Shown here: positions 17,949-29,000 of the stretch, one piece after another
How positions within the stretch are numbered: position 1 is the first letter of the stretch
Layout: the number at the start of each line of letters is the position of its first letter
Origin: an uncultured Flavobacterium sp.
GTDB taxonomy: Bacteria; Bacteroidota; Bacteroidia; Flavobacteriales; Flavobacteriaceae
Assembly (NCBI RefSeq): GCF_946220915.1
Contig: NZ_CAMIHH010000001.1
Span: 3,922-67,921 of the forward strand
Reading direction: 5' to 3'
DNA length: 64,000 nt
The notes under the pieces: model-generated
What the model was told of the DNA's origin: nothing
Seen by the model: only the letters and a program-made list of their open reading frames with translations
Databases searched by the model: none
Program-made: the position numbers and the translations under genes

Positions 17949-18896
17949 ATGAACAATGGCAGTAACAGGGGCGGGGGCTCCGGAAAGGGAAATAGCGGCA
18001 GGGCAAGGAAAGCAAGTGCGGGTCCTTCGAAACCGATGAACAAGGCACGCAAGCCAAAACCTGCAGCAAAGCCGGAAGAAGCAGACGCGGCAGGCAAAGC
18101 GCCTAAAAAAGCGGCCTTTATAAAAGGTAAGGGTCCTGTTGAAAGGAAGCCTGCAGTGCCAAAACCCGCAGCCAAAAAAACCAATCCTGATGAAATCCGA
18201 CTGAATAAATACATATCCAATTCAGGAATGTGCTCACGCAGGGAGGCCGATATCTACATACAGTCGGGCAATGTAAAAGTGAATGGCAAAGTGGTAACCG
18301 AACTGGGCCACGTTGTAAAAATTACCGATGAGGTGGATTTTGACGGTACCCGCATAACACCCGAAAAAAAGGAATACCTGCTGCTTAACAAACCGAAGAA
18401 CTTTACCACATCCGGCGATGATGAAAAAGACCTGCGCAACGTAATGGAACTGGTTCGTGCCGCGACCAAAGCCAAGATACAGCCAATAGGGCGCATGGAC
18501 AAGAACACTACAGGCTTGCTCATTTTTACCAATGATACCGAGATGGTGCGCAAGTTCTCGCAGCCCAATCAAAAGTCATTCAAGATTTACCAGGTATCTC
18601 TGGATAAGAACCTGAAGTTTGAAGACCTTGAAAAAATGTCGCAGGGTGTTACCCTTGATGGCCACAGGCTTTACATCGACGAAATAAGCTACATCGAAGG
18701 CGAGGCGAAAACCGAAATTGGATTAAAACTGCGTACGCCAAATGTTAAAGTTGTGCGGGCCATATTCGAAAGCTTTAAGTATGATGTGCTCAAGGTAGAC
18801 CGTGTATCTTTTGCCGGGCTTACCAAGAAAAACCTGCCGCGCGGCAACTGGAGGTTCCTGACGGAGCAAGAGGTTATCAACCTGAAAAATATATAG
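17949..18896 (+). CDS. rluB: 23S rRNA pseudouridine synthase (RluB/RsuA family) with an ~95-aa Gly/Lys/Arg/Pro-rich N-terminal extension
   Basis: S4 domain (IRLNKYISNSGMCSRREADIYIQSGNVKVNG) followed by a PseudoU_synth_2 domain (KPIGRMDKNTTGLLIFTND). The ORF is open from 17919, but the Met at 17949 is preferred. Confidence 0.8.
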   Translation: MNNGSNRGGGSGKGNSGRARKASAGPSKPMNKARKPKPAAKPEEADAAGKAPKKAAFIKGKGPVERKPAVPKPAAKKTNPDEIRLNKYISNSGMCSRREADIYIQSGNVKVNGKVVTELGHVVKITDEVDFDGTRITPEKKEYLLLNKPKNFTTSGDDEKDLRNVMELVRAATKAKIQPIGRMDKNTTGLLIFTNDTEMVRKFSQPNQKSFKIYQVSLDKNLKFEDLEKMSQGVTLDGHRLYIDEISYIEGEAKTEIGLKLRTPNVKVVRAIFESFKYDVLKVDRVSFAGLTKKNLPRGNWRFLTEQEVINLKNI

Positions 18897-18899
18897 CCA

Positions 18900-19262
18900 A
18901 TGCAGCCACGCGACATCGAACACATTGCCATGAAGTGGTTTGAGGCTTTTAATTCCAAGCAGCTTGACAGGTTATTAGATCTTTACACCGAAGATGCTGA
19001 ACACTTTAGCCCTAAGCTAAAAATACGCCAGCCGGAAACCAAGGGCATCGTAAAAGGCAGGGAAGCCATGCAGGCCTGGTGGCAGAATGCTTTTGACAGG
19101 CTGCCTACGTTATATTATAAGGTAACTTCCCTTACCGCCAATGACCACCGTGTGTTCATGGAATACACCCGTACCGTGCAGGGCGAGGACGATATGCTTG
19201 TAGCCGAAGTCCTTGAAATTAGGGACGGGAAAATCGTAGCTTCACGGGTGTATCATGGATAA
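18900..19262 (+). CDS. SnoaL-like / NTF2-fold protein
   Basis: 120 aa with a typical NTF2-like pattern (WFEAFNSKQLDRLLDLYTEDAEHFSP). Confidence 0.65.
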   Translation: MQPRDIEHIAMKWFEAFNSKQLDRLLDLYTEDAEHFSPKLKIRQPETKGIVKGREAMQAWWQNAFDRLPTLYYKVTSLTANDHRVFMEYTRTVQGEDDMLVAEVLEIRDGKIVASRVYHG

Positions 19263-19368
19263 TAAGGTAGCGCACAGTGTCTACTTTTGAAAAGAAAATA
19301 TCTTCTGTAAATGACAAGAGCCGTTGCAATGCAACGGCTGTAAATCATTTACAACGCTGCAAAACGTT

Positions 19369-21510
19369 TTACTTTTCCACTTTCGAACTTTCTAACCCCC
19401 TCTTCTTCAATAACGGCTGTATCGATGGCTCAGCACCTCTAAAAGTTCGGTACATCACTTCGGCATCGGCAGTGCCGCCTTTTTCAAGGATGTTGGTGCG
19501 GAACGATTTGGCCGTAGCTGCATCAAATAACGATTTTTGCTTAAAGGCATCAAACGCATCAGTATCTAAAACTCCCGACCATATGTAGCTGTAGTAGCCT
19601 GCAGAATACCCACCATTGAAAATATGGTTGTAGTAAGTGCTGCGGTAGCGCGGTATGATTGCGCCAGGCAGCCCGATCTTTTTCATGGCTTCCTCTTCAA
19701 AAGGGATTACGTTTTGGGTAAGGGGCTCTGTCAATGAGTGGTAGTTCAGGTCCAGGTAGGATGCCGCGAGGTACTCCACTGTGACAAAACCCTGGTCGAA
19801 TGTAGCTGACTCCTGTAATTTCTGTATCAGTATGTCCGGGATCACTTCGCCGGTCTTGTAATGCTTGGCATACATTTTCAGCACTTCAGGCTCGGCTGCC
19901 CAGTTCTCCATGATTTGCGAAGGCAGTTCCACAAAATCGGTAGGCACGCTGGTCCCCGAAAGGCTTTCATAGGTTACGTTGCTAAGCAGCCCGTGCAGCG
20001 CATGCCCAAATTCATGGAAAAAGGTTGTAGTTTCGTCAAACGTAAGCAATGCCGGGTTGCCCGCCGTAGGTTTGGAAAAGTTGCATACAATAGAGATTAT
20101 GGGGGCAATACGCTTGCCCTCGGTCATCTTCTCCTTGCGATAGGAGGTCATCCATGCCCCGCCTTTTTTGGAAGCACGCGGAAAGAAATCCATATACAAC
20201 AGGCCTACATGCCTCCCGTCCTTTTCAGCTACTTCCCAAACGGTCACGTCGTTGTGGTATTTCGGTACATCCTTCAGCTCTTTGAATTGCAGGCCGTAAA
20301 GGTTTTTCGTTACTTCAAAAATTCCGTTACGCACATTATCAAGGCTAAAGTAGGGCTTTATCTGCTGCTCATCAAGGTCGTACCGCTCCTTACGGATCTT
20401 TTCGGTATAATAGCGCCAGTCATAAGGCTGTACGTCATCAGTAATGCCATCCGCAGCAAGCATTTTTTTAATGTCCGCTTCCTCTGCTTTTGCCTTTTCG
20501 AGGGCAGGCGCCCAAAGCTGGTCCAAAAGCGCATATACATTCTCCGGTGTTTTGGCCATTCGTTCTTCCAATACGTAATGGGCGTGCGATTCATAGCCTA
20601 AAAGCCTGGCCTTCTCACTGCGCAGGTTTGCAAGGTGCACTACATTTATTCTGTTATCGATGCCATTACCATTATTGCCCCGGTTTTGGTATGCCGTCCA
20701 AATTTTTTTGCGGAGCTCGCGGTTATCAGCATATTGAAGGAATGGCATTACACTCGAATTATGGAGTGTAAATACCCACTTGCCTTCTTTACCTGCAGTC
20801 TTTGCATCGGCAGCAGCAGCCTGCACCATTTCATGTGGCAGCCCGGCAAGGTCTTTTTTATTATCGATAACCATTTGGTAGGCATTGTTTTCGGCGAGGA
20901 TGTTGTCACCAAACTTTAGCGACAATACCGACAGTTCGCTGTTAATGGCCCTAAGCCGTTCTTTTTGCCCTGCATCCAGGTTGGCGCCACTACGTACAAA
21001 TGCCTTATATTTCTTTTCCAAAAGCTTCGCCTGCTCGGGGTTCAGCTTTAGTTCCATCTGGGTGTCCCATATTTTTTTTACACGCGCAAACAGCTTTTCA
21101 TTAAGGTAAATGTTATCGTTGTGCCTCGATAATTCCGGTGCCATTTCCTGCGCCAGTGCCTGGAGCATATCATTGGTATGGGCAGAATTGAGGTTATTGA
21201 ATATTGTGGTAATGCGGTTGAGCAGCGTCCCCGAATTTTCGAGAGCGGCAATGGTATTCTCAAATGTGGGTGCATCCTTGCCAGCGGCTATGGCATCTAT
21301 CTCGCCCTGGTGCACGCGTATGCCCTCAAGAATGGCAGGCTTGTAATGTTCGTTTTTTATTAAGTCGAAAGGCGGTGCCTGGTACGGCGTTTCAAAAATG
21401 GCGAGCAGCGGGTTATCGTCGCCTATGGTTGCGGGAGTGTTCATTCGGTTGCAGGATGTTAGTGACGTGCCTATCATGGCAAGTAAAAGTGCTGTTTTTT
21501 TCATGTTCAT
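19369..21510 (-). CDS. dcp: M3-family metallopeptidase (peptidyl-dipeptidase Dcp / oligopeptidase A-like), lipoprotein
   Basis: HEFGHALHG zinc motif, ~710 aa, signal peptide plus lipobox (LTSC). Confidence 0.85.
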   Translation of the reverse strand: MNMKKTALLLAMIGTSLTSCNRMNTPATIGDDNPLLAIFETPYQAPPFDLIKNEHYKPAILEGIRVHQGEIDAIAAGKDAPTFENTIAALENSGTLLNRITTIFNNLNSAHTNDMLQALAQEMAPELSRHNDNIYLNEKLFARVKKIWDTQMELKLNPEQAKLLEKKYKAFVRSGANLDAGQKERLRAINSELSVLSLKFGDNILAENNAYQMVIDNKKDLAGLPHEMVQAAAADAKTAGKEGKWVFTLHNSSVMPFLQYADNRELRKKIWTAYQNRGNNGNGIDNRINVVHLANLRSEKARLLGYESHAHYVLEERMAKTPENVYALLDQLWAPALEKAKAEEADIKKMLAADGITDDVQPYDWRYYTEKIRKERYDLDEQQIKPYFSLDNVRNGIFEVTKNLYGLQFKELKDVPKYHNDVTVWEVAEKDGRHVGLLYMDFFPRASKKGGAWMTSYRKEKMTEGKRIAPIISIVCNFSKPTAGNPALLTFDETTTFFHEFGHALHGLLSNVTYESLSGTSVPTDFVELPSQIMENWAAEPEVLKMYAKHYKTGEVIPDILIQKLQESATFDQGFVTVEYLAASYLDLNYHSLTEPLTQNVIPFEEEAMKKIGLPGAIIPRYRSTYYNHIFNGGYSAGYYSYIWSGVLDTDAFDAFKQKSLFDAATAKSFRTNILEKGGTADAEVMYRTFRGAEPSIQPLLKKRGLESSKVEK

Positions 21511-21919
21511 GCGTTTTCCGTTGTGGAAAAAGTAAAGTTACCCTTTACAACCCAAAAATCCAAAGGAATTAATATGGATGATGGCTTGGGCGTGCCGCGC
21601 TATTGCAGTTGAATGATTGCATTCCACTCCTCCGGAGCTCTAAGGTGCTTACGTCCAATATTTCTATAAACATATCGCCCCGCTGGGCTGCCTGACGAGT
21701 CCCGGAGGGATGGCATCGGCATCGTTATAGCAAAAAAGTTAGCCCATTGGCTTAAGCTGGGAGGAGCGAAATATAAAGATTACAAGTCTTATTTAGAATT
21801 TGCCGATGCAACCCTGAACATTAAACCCGAAACCCCGAACCATATACTAACATCAAGTTAAATAGCAAGCCTTATTAATAGGAAAAATCTAATTTTATTA
21901 GAGAATAAATTGAAATGCC

Positions 21920-24757
21920 ATGAAAACATCCGTAAAAAACATAGCGATCAAAATAGGGAAGTGGCTTGGCATCACCATTGTATCGATATTGCTGCTAATG
22001 TTCCTCATACCATTGCTTTTCCCCGGCACGGTATCGGAACAGGTAAAAAAACTTGCCAATAAAAGCCTGGCGGGCGAACTTAACTTTTCGAAATCAAAGC
22101 TGTCATTCTTCACGCATTTCCCTTCACTTACGGTTTCACTGGATGACCTTTCGCTTAAAGGGTCTGCGCCTTTTAAAAATGATACATTGCTCAGTGCCCG
22201 CCAGGTCGCATTCGGAATAAACCTGAAGCGGCTGATATTCGACAATGAGGTAAAAATTGACGAATTGTATGTTTCCGATGCTTTTATCAATGTAATGGTA
22301 AACCAAAAGGGCGAAGCCAACTATAATGTTTATGTGGCTGAAAAGGACCAGCCGAAAGATACTGTCTCCGAAGGTACGGCCATCCGTCTTGACCGTATCG
22401 ACCTCGACAATTGCCGCATACGCTACAATGACCGCTCCGCCAAAATACTGGTAGATGCGCATGGCTTTAATTATATAGGCAAGGGCGACCTTAGTGAGGA
22501 TGTGTTCGACCTGCAGACCGATGCCCGCATTGATTCTGTCAATTTTTATTACGACCGGGTTCCTTACCTTGAAAAGAAACAGCTTCGCGCCGACCTGATA
22601 ACACGCATTAATACCAACTCACTTTCATTCATCCTGCAAAAGAACGAATTGCGGATCAATCAGCTGCCCGTGGAGTTTACGGGCGAGTTCACCATATTGC
22701 GCGATGGCTACAACATCAATATCGATGCCGCTTCGGAAGATACTACCGTTAAAGACCTGCTGTCGGTACTCCCGCCGCAGTACCTTACGTGGCTGGAAGA
22801 AACAAAGATAAGCGGACGGAGCGACTTGCTTTTTACCTTTAAAGGCAGGTACAACGCTGCCACCAGGCAGCAGCCCGATCTCGGGTTTAATCTTAAGGTC
22901 ACTGACGGATCGGTAGAATACAGCGATGCCCCCGTGCCGCTTACCGACTTTCAGCTTGACCTTAATGCCATGCTGCCTTCGCTCGATGTGGAAAAACTGA
23001 ATGTTAACCTCCGCAAGCTCGGTTTTAAGGTTGGGGAAAAGGATTATTTTAATGCCTTCCTGCAAACGAAAGGCTTTAGCGAAATGGATGTAAAGGCTGA
23101 CATAAAAGGTACACTCGACCTGAAAACCCTCGATGCTGCACTTGGGTTACAGAACATGGACCTGCGCGGCATGCTGAAGGCCGACATTGTAGCCGACGGG
23201 CAATACAATGCCGAAAAGAAATTATTCCCGAAAGCAAAGGGGGGCATTAACCTGCAAAATGGCTGGCTGAAGACTGATTATTACCCTAACCCGGTTACGG
23301 ACATAAAATTTGTCGCGGGCCTGCAAAACGATAAAGGAACATTTGAAGATTTAAAGGTAGCTGTTACCCCGGCATCGTTCGTGTTTGAGGGTAACCCGGT
23401 ATATGTAAACGCGACAGTATCTGATTTTGCCGACCTTTTTTATGATGCACGCATAAAGGGCGAACTGAATGTGGGGCGCATCTACAAGGTATTCAGGCAG
23501 GAAGGGCTTGACGTGACCGGATATGCCAAAGCCGACCTTTCGTTAAAGGGCAGGCAGAGCTATGCCACTACCGGGCAGTATGATAAGCTGGACAATAAGG
23601 GAAGCCTGGTACTAAAAAACATAAAAACCACTTCTGAGCTGTTCCCCAAAGCATTCTTTATCAATGAAGGGTATTTTACCTTCCAGAATGAAAAAATGTG
23701 GTTTGACAAGTTCCGGGCGGCCTACGGCAAATCGGATTTTTCCATCAATGGCTACCTCCTGAATACCATTAACTACTTTTTGGAATCGAACGGAACGCTG
23801 GGCGGCAGCTTCAACCTGAAATCGAAACGCATTAATGTAGATGAATTCATGGCTTTGGAGGAAGGTGAGAATAAGGACAGGGAAACCGGGGTGGAGTATG
23901 CCAAGGAGGAGAATCCAGAGATGAGCGGGGTAGTGGTATTACCGGCCAACCTGAACGTGTCGCTTGTTGCTAATGCAGATAAGGTAGAATATACCGGGCT
24001 GGTGCTTAATAACCTGATTGGTAAAGTAGGCATGGATAAAGGGAGGCTCTACCTGGAGGATACTAATTTCAACATCATAGGCTGTACGGTAAATGTTGAT
24101 GCCAGCTATAAAAGCGAGTCGCCCTTAGCGGCAAATTTCGACGTGCATTTCAAAGCAAAGGATTTCAGTGTGAAACGGGCCTACAATGAAATACCGCTGT
24201 TCCATGACCTGGTAACGGCAGCTGAAAAGGCCGAGGGCATTATCTCTGTAGACTACAAGATCAGGGGCGACCTCGATGGCAACATGAGCCCTATCATGCC
24301 GTCGCTGGCAGGTGGTGGTACCATATCGGTACGCGATGTAAAGGTAGTCGGGCTAAAGCTGTTTGGCGGCATCAGCGATAAAACAGGCTCCAAGGAAATG
24401 GACAATCCGGATTTGAAAGACATACAGGTAAAAACCACGATAGATAATAACCTGATACGCATTGACGATTTTACGTTTAAAGTGGCGGTATTCAGGCCAA
24501 CAATAAAAGGCACTACCAGTTTCGACGGGCTACTGGACCTGCGCATACGCCTTGGCCTTCCGCCGGCGGGGCTTATAGGGGTGCCCATTGTAGTGACGGG
24601 AACACATGAAGACCCACAGATAAAAGTATTTAGTAAAACCGGTAAAAAAATTACCGAAGCGATCTATAACGAGAAAACCAACACGTTGGTTAAAAAAGAA
24701 AAGGCCGTAAAAAGTAAAGATGACAGGAATAAAGACAAAAAGAAAAAGCCCGATTAA
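21920..24757 (+). CDS. AsmA-family (TamB/AsmA-like) inner-membrane-anchored protein
   Basis: 945 aa with an N-terminal TM anchor, a long beta-rich body and a Lys-rich C-terminal tail. Confidence 0.7.
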   Translation: MKTSVKNIAIKIGKWLGITIVSILLLMFLIPLLFPGTVSEQVKKLANKSLAGELNFSKSKLSFFTHFPSLTVSLDDLSLKGSAPFKNDTLLSARQVAFGINLKRLIFDNEVKIDELYVSDAFINVMVNQKGEANYNVYVAEKDQPKDTVSEGTAIRLDRIDLDNCRIRYNDRSAKILVDAHGFNYIGKGDLSEDVFDLQTDARIDSVNFYYDRVPYLEKKQLRADLITRINTNSLSFILQKNELRINQLPVEFTGEFTILRDGYNINIDAASEDTTVKDLLSVLPPQYLTWLEETKISGRSDLLFTFKGRYNAATRQQPDLGFNLKVTDGSVEYSDAPVPLTDFQLDLNAMLPSLDVEKLNVNLRKLGFKVGEKDYFNAFLQTKGFSEMDVKADIKGTLDLKTLDAALGLQNMDLRGMLKADIVADGQYNAEKKLFPKAKGGINLQNGWLKTDYYPNPVTDIKFVAGLQNDKGTFEDLKVAVTPASFVFEGNPVYVNATVSDFADLFYDARIKGELNVGRIYKVFRQEGLDVTGYAKADLSLKGRQSYATTGQYDKLDNKGSLVLKNIKTTSELFPKAFFINEGYFTFQNEKMWFDKFRAAYGKSDFSINGYLLNTINYFLESNGTLGGSFNLKSKRINVDEFMALEEGENKDRETGVEYAKEENPEMSGVVVLPANLNVSLVANADKVEYTGLVLNNLIGKVGMDKGRLYLEDTNFNIIGCTVNVDASYKSESPLAANFDVHFKAKDFSVKRAYNEIPLFHDLVTAAEKAEGIISVDYKIRGDLDGNMSPIMPSLAGGGTISVRDVKVVGLKLFGGISDKTGSKEMDNPDLKDIQVKTTIDNNLIRIDDFTFKVAVFRPTIKGTTSFDGLLDLRIRLGLPPAGLIGVPIVVTGTHEDPQIKVFSKTGKKITEAIYNEKTNTLVKKEKAVKSKDDRNKDKKKKPD

Positions 24758-24764
24758 GGGCTTT
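24746..24764 (+). terminator. putative terminator hairpin enclosing the asmA-like stop codon
   Basis: aaagccc / gattaa / gggcttt. Confidence 0.35.
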
Positions 24765-24846
24765 CGTCTTTCTCATCTTTATAAAATTTAGGGACTGTTC
24801 ATTACGCAGGCTTCGTCCATGATAACAGAAAGCTGCTCCCGATTGG

Positions 24847-25746
24847 TTATGCGTTCAGCGCCTCCACCTTTATTTCCTCATCGTTCAGCATGTCTTTCAG
24901 CATGTTCTCAATGCCGCTCTTCAGGGTAAAGGTAGACGATGGGCATCCGCTGCACGCCCCCTGCAATATCACTTTAACGCGCTTTTCTTTTTCGTCATAC
25001 GAATCGAAGGCAATGTTCCCGCCGTCTCCCTGTACTGCTGGTTTTACATACTCCTCCAAAATGTTGATGATGCGCTGTGAAGTGCTGTCAAGACTGTCAA
25101 AATATTCCTCTTTTTGTTTTTCGGCTTGTGGCGTGGCCAGTATTAGCGACTCATCAATAACCGGTTTTCCCTGTTCCATGTATTCGCGTATGAAAGTGCG
25201 CACTTCGCCTGTAAATTCGTTCCATTCGGCAACGGCATACTTGGTAATGGAAATATAGTTTTCATCCATGAAAACTTCCTTCACAAACGGGAATTTAAAA
25301 AGCTCCTTTGCCAGCGGCGACGCAGCGGTTTCGTCAATGTTCTTGAATTCGGCAGTGGTTTTCGTGATCAGCCTGTTCGATACGAATTTCATTACGGCCG
25401 GGTTGGGCGTGGTTTCTACGTAAATTGTAGAAGGCACCTTTTTTGAAGGCTCATCTTCCTGTTTTACGATCATCCCGCCACCGTTCACAAAGCTTGCAAT
25501 CTGTTCAGCTACGTCGTCCTGCACATCGGCCCACTCTACGATCGAGTATTTTTCGATGGCAATGAAATTTCCCGAAATGTAAACGGTTTTTACAAAAGGA
25601 AGATAGAATAATTGTTTGGCCAGGGGAGAGTTGGCTGTCTCATCAATGTTCTTATATTCAAAATTCCTGCTCCCGGCGATGAATTCGCTAAGCTCAAACT
25701 TCACGATGGCAGGGTTTTGCGTGGTTTTTATAGTTACGGTTTCCAT
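24847..25746 (-). CDS. NifU-family Fe-S cluster protein with duplicated Nfu_N domain
   Basis: Two copies of the Nfu/NifU N-terminal module (...NPAIVKFELSEF... and ...NPAVMKFVSNRL...) plus a C-terminal NifU domain carrying the CSGCPSS motif. Confidence 0.8.
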   Translation of the reverse strand: METVTIKTTQNPAIVKFELSEFIAGSRNFEYKNIDETANSPLAKQLFYLPFVKTVYISGNFIAIEKYSIVEWADVQDDVAEQIASFVNGGGMIVKQEDEPSKKVPSTIYVETTPNPAVMKFVSNRLITKTTAEFKNIDETAASPLAKELFKFPFVKEVFMDENYISITKYAVAEWNEFTGEVRTFIREYMEQGKPVIDESLILATPQAEKQKEEYFDSLDSTSQRIINILEEYVKPAVQGDGGNIAFDSYDEKEKRVKVILQGACSGCPSSTFTLKSGIENMLKDMLNDEEIKVEALNA

Positions 25747-26007
25747 GATATCTTATTTTTTAAGCAAAATTAGCATAAAAAAAAATTAAAACGCGAGGTA
25801 GGGTTATCGGGTTTTGAAATGTTATTCCTAAAATATGCCAGCTACATTAGTTATTTGTGTAATAAATTTAAATTAATTTGTGATTTTTTTAAATTTTCAT
25901 CTAAAAGTATTGTTGAATATTTATATTTGGTTCCTTATACCTATTAACTGTTTGTTTTGGAATCGATAACAAGTTCTTAACAACCGGCCTATAATAAAAA
26001 CTGCTAT

Positions 26008-29000
26008 ATGAAAAAACTACTACTTGTCCTCTTTTTAGTTTTAGGAGCGCTTGGCGCAAAGGCACAGTCCAATATTTCTGTGTTTAGCACCAATCCCGAC
26101 AATGTATACATTCAGGGAGAGGTAATGACCTATTCTGTCATGGTGACCAATACCGGCCCACAGCCGGCAGCCAATGTGCTTGTATTCATGCCCATTCCGG
26201 CAGGGATACCCATGCCCCCGGGAATATTAAAGTTCTGGTGGTCGGGAAGCAATGGTTCGTCGGGCACCAACATTAACCTGAGCAATACCATTAACACATT
26301 GGCGGTTAATCAAACGGTAACGTATACCATTAACATAAGGATACCCAGCGACTACGAACTGGAAATAGGCGATGTAAGGGTTACGTATGCTTCAAAGGCC
26401 GACCTGGAAGTTATCAATACTAATAACCAGGCGCATTACACCCCCGGTGAATCATCGGAATATACAGTTACGGTAACCAACCACGGCCCGGAAGATGCCT
26501 ATCTTGTGCGCGTGCAAAATGCGATTCCTGCAGGTGTGGCAAACTTTAGCTGGTCGGGCAATGAAGCTTCGGGCACTACCGCTCTCAATAATATCATTAA
26601 TGTACTTCCGGTGGGCGAAACCGTAACTTATACTGTTAGCTTTGATGTACCCGCTACTTATACGGGCGATCTTACCAGCACCACTGCGCTTACGGCTTCT
26701 GTTACCGACCCTGTTCCAGGGTGCCCACAGTGCGCCGATACTGATACCGCAGCTGCAATTGCAGATATCGATGTGGTATATACCGATAACAAGGATACTT
26801 ACATACCTGGCGAAGATTCTGTGTACACCGTAACCATTACCAACAACGGTCCGGATGCAGTGGAAAGTTTTAACGTGCTGCAAATTGTTCCGGCGGGTGT
26901 AACCGAAGTGACGTGGACAGGCTCGAATGGCACGTCGGGTACAGGGCCGATTGACGATACAATCCCGGTATTTGAAACAGGGCAGGTGGTGACCTATACG
27001 GTTACAGTAACCATTCCTGAAGGCACAACCGGCGATTTTCATACCGTGATATTCCCGACGGCACCCTTTTTAAGCGATCCCGATCCGGTATGCACCTTTT
27101 GTTCAGACCTGAATACCCTGGAGCAGATAGCCGATATTGTAGTAGTAAATACCAACAGCCAGTTTAGCTACAATGCAGGCGAACAATCGGTATATACTGT
27201 GACCGTTACCAATGAAGGCCCCGCAGATGCTGTAAATGTGGAAGTGTCCAATGCCATTCCGGCAGGGATAACAGGCTTTTCGTGGACGGGTACTAACGGT
27301 TCGGACGGTACCAATACGGCATTGTCGGACAACATTGCGCTTATGACAGCCGGACAAACGGTTACCTACACCATTACAATGGATGTGCCGGCAGGGTACA
27401 ATGCACCCTCACTTATAAGTACAACGATAGTTACCAGCGACAACGACCCTGATGATTCCTGCGCGCTGTGCACCGATACCGATAACAATGTGCCGCTGGC
27501 CGATATTGTGGTGGTAAACACTAACAACCAGCAGGCTTATACACCGGGCACGAGCGTTGAATATACCCTGACCGTAACCAATAACGGGCCCGAAGATGCC
27601 GAAAACGTAAGCGTGGCCAATGCCATGCCTGCGGGTATTACAGCATTTTCATGGACAGGCAGCAATGGTTCAGACGGTACGGATGAAGCTGTTGCCGACG
27701 TGATACCGGTTTTGGCAGCAGGAGAAACGGTAACCTATACCGTAACCCTTGCCATCCCGGCAGATTATGATGAGGACGCGATTACAAGCCAGGCAGTGGT
27801 TACAAGCGATACGCAGGATCCTGTAACGGCATGCGAAAATTGCACGGATACGGATTACAATGCTGCCAATGCCGCCGATATTGTTGTGGTAAATACCGAC
27901 AACAGCCTCACCTACACCGCAGGTGAAGATTCGGTTTATACGGTAACCGTAACCAACAACGGGCCCGCCGATGCAGTGAATATTTCGGTTTTAAATGCCA
28001 TTCCGGCAGGGATAACCGATTTTTCATGGTCTGGCAGCAACGGCTCTTCAGGAACGGATGAAATGCTTGAAGATACGATTGCAACACTTGCTAACGGCGA
28101 TTCGGTAACTTATACAATTACAGTGGGCATACCTGCCGCTTATGAGGGCGACCTGGTAAGCACGGCATCGGCCACATCGCTTGCCGACCCTGATACAGCC
28201 TGCGCATTATGCACCGATACGAATACCGATGAGGCTAACGAGGCCAACCTGGTGGTTACCAATACTAATGGCCAGGATAAATATACTCCGGGCACTACGG
28301 CCGAATATACGCTTACACTAACTAACGAAGGCCCTGATACAGCCCTCGACATAGATCTTTCCAGCTTTGTGTCGCCTGGAATTGCCACCATCGCCTGGAC
28401 AGGGAGCAATGGCACTTCGGGCACAGGGGCAGTGGCAGATAACATTGCTGCGCTTGCCATTGGCGAATCGGTTACCTATACCGTTACACTGGAGATACCA
28501 TTAGCTTTTACGGGCGACCTTGTCAATACGGCCATCATTTCGGCACAGACGACAGACCCTGTTGCAGAATGCCCCGGCTGTAGCGATGTAGATACTGCTG
28601 CGTCGGCTAATATCGTTACTGAAAAGACACTTGCATCGGGTACGCAGTATACTGCCGGTACCGATGCCATATATACAATTACCGTTACTAACGAAGGGCC
28701 TGATGCTGCTACAGGTGTACTTGTGCAGGATATGGTGCCTGCCGGTCTCCCTGCAGATGATGCTGTATGGACAGGAAGCAACGGAACATCGGGCACGGGC
28801 AACCTTACAGATACCATAGCGACCCTTGCCCTGGGCGAAACGGTAACTTATACGTTTACCATACCCGTACCAAGCGGCTTTGACCAGGAAACAACTATTA
28901 CAAATACGGTAACGGTAACCAGCACCTCAGTAGATCCTGTTCCCGCCTGTGACGACTGTACAGTTGTGGCTACGCCAAATCCGCAGGCCAACATTGTAAC

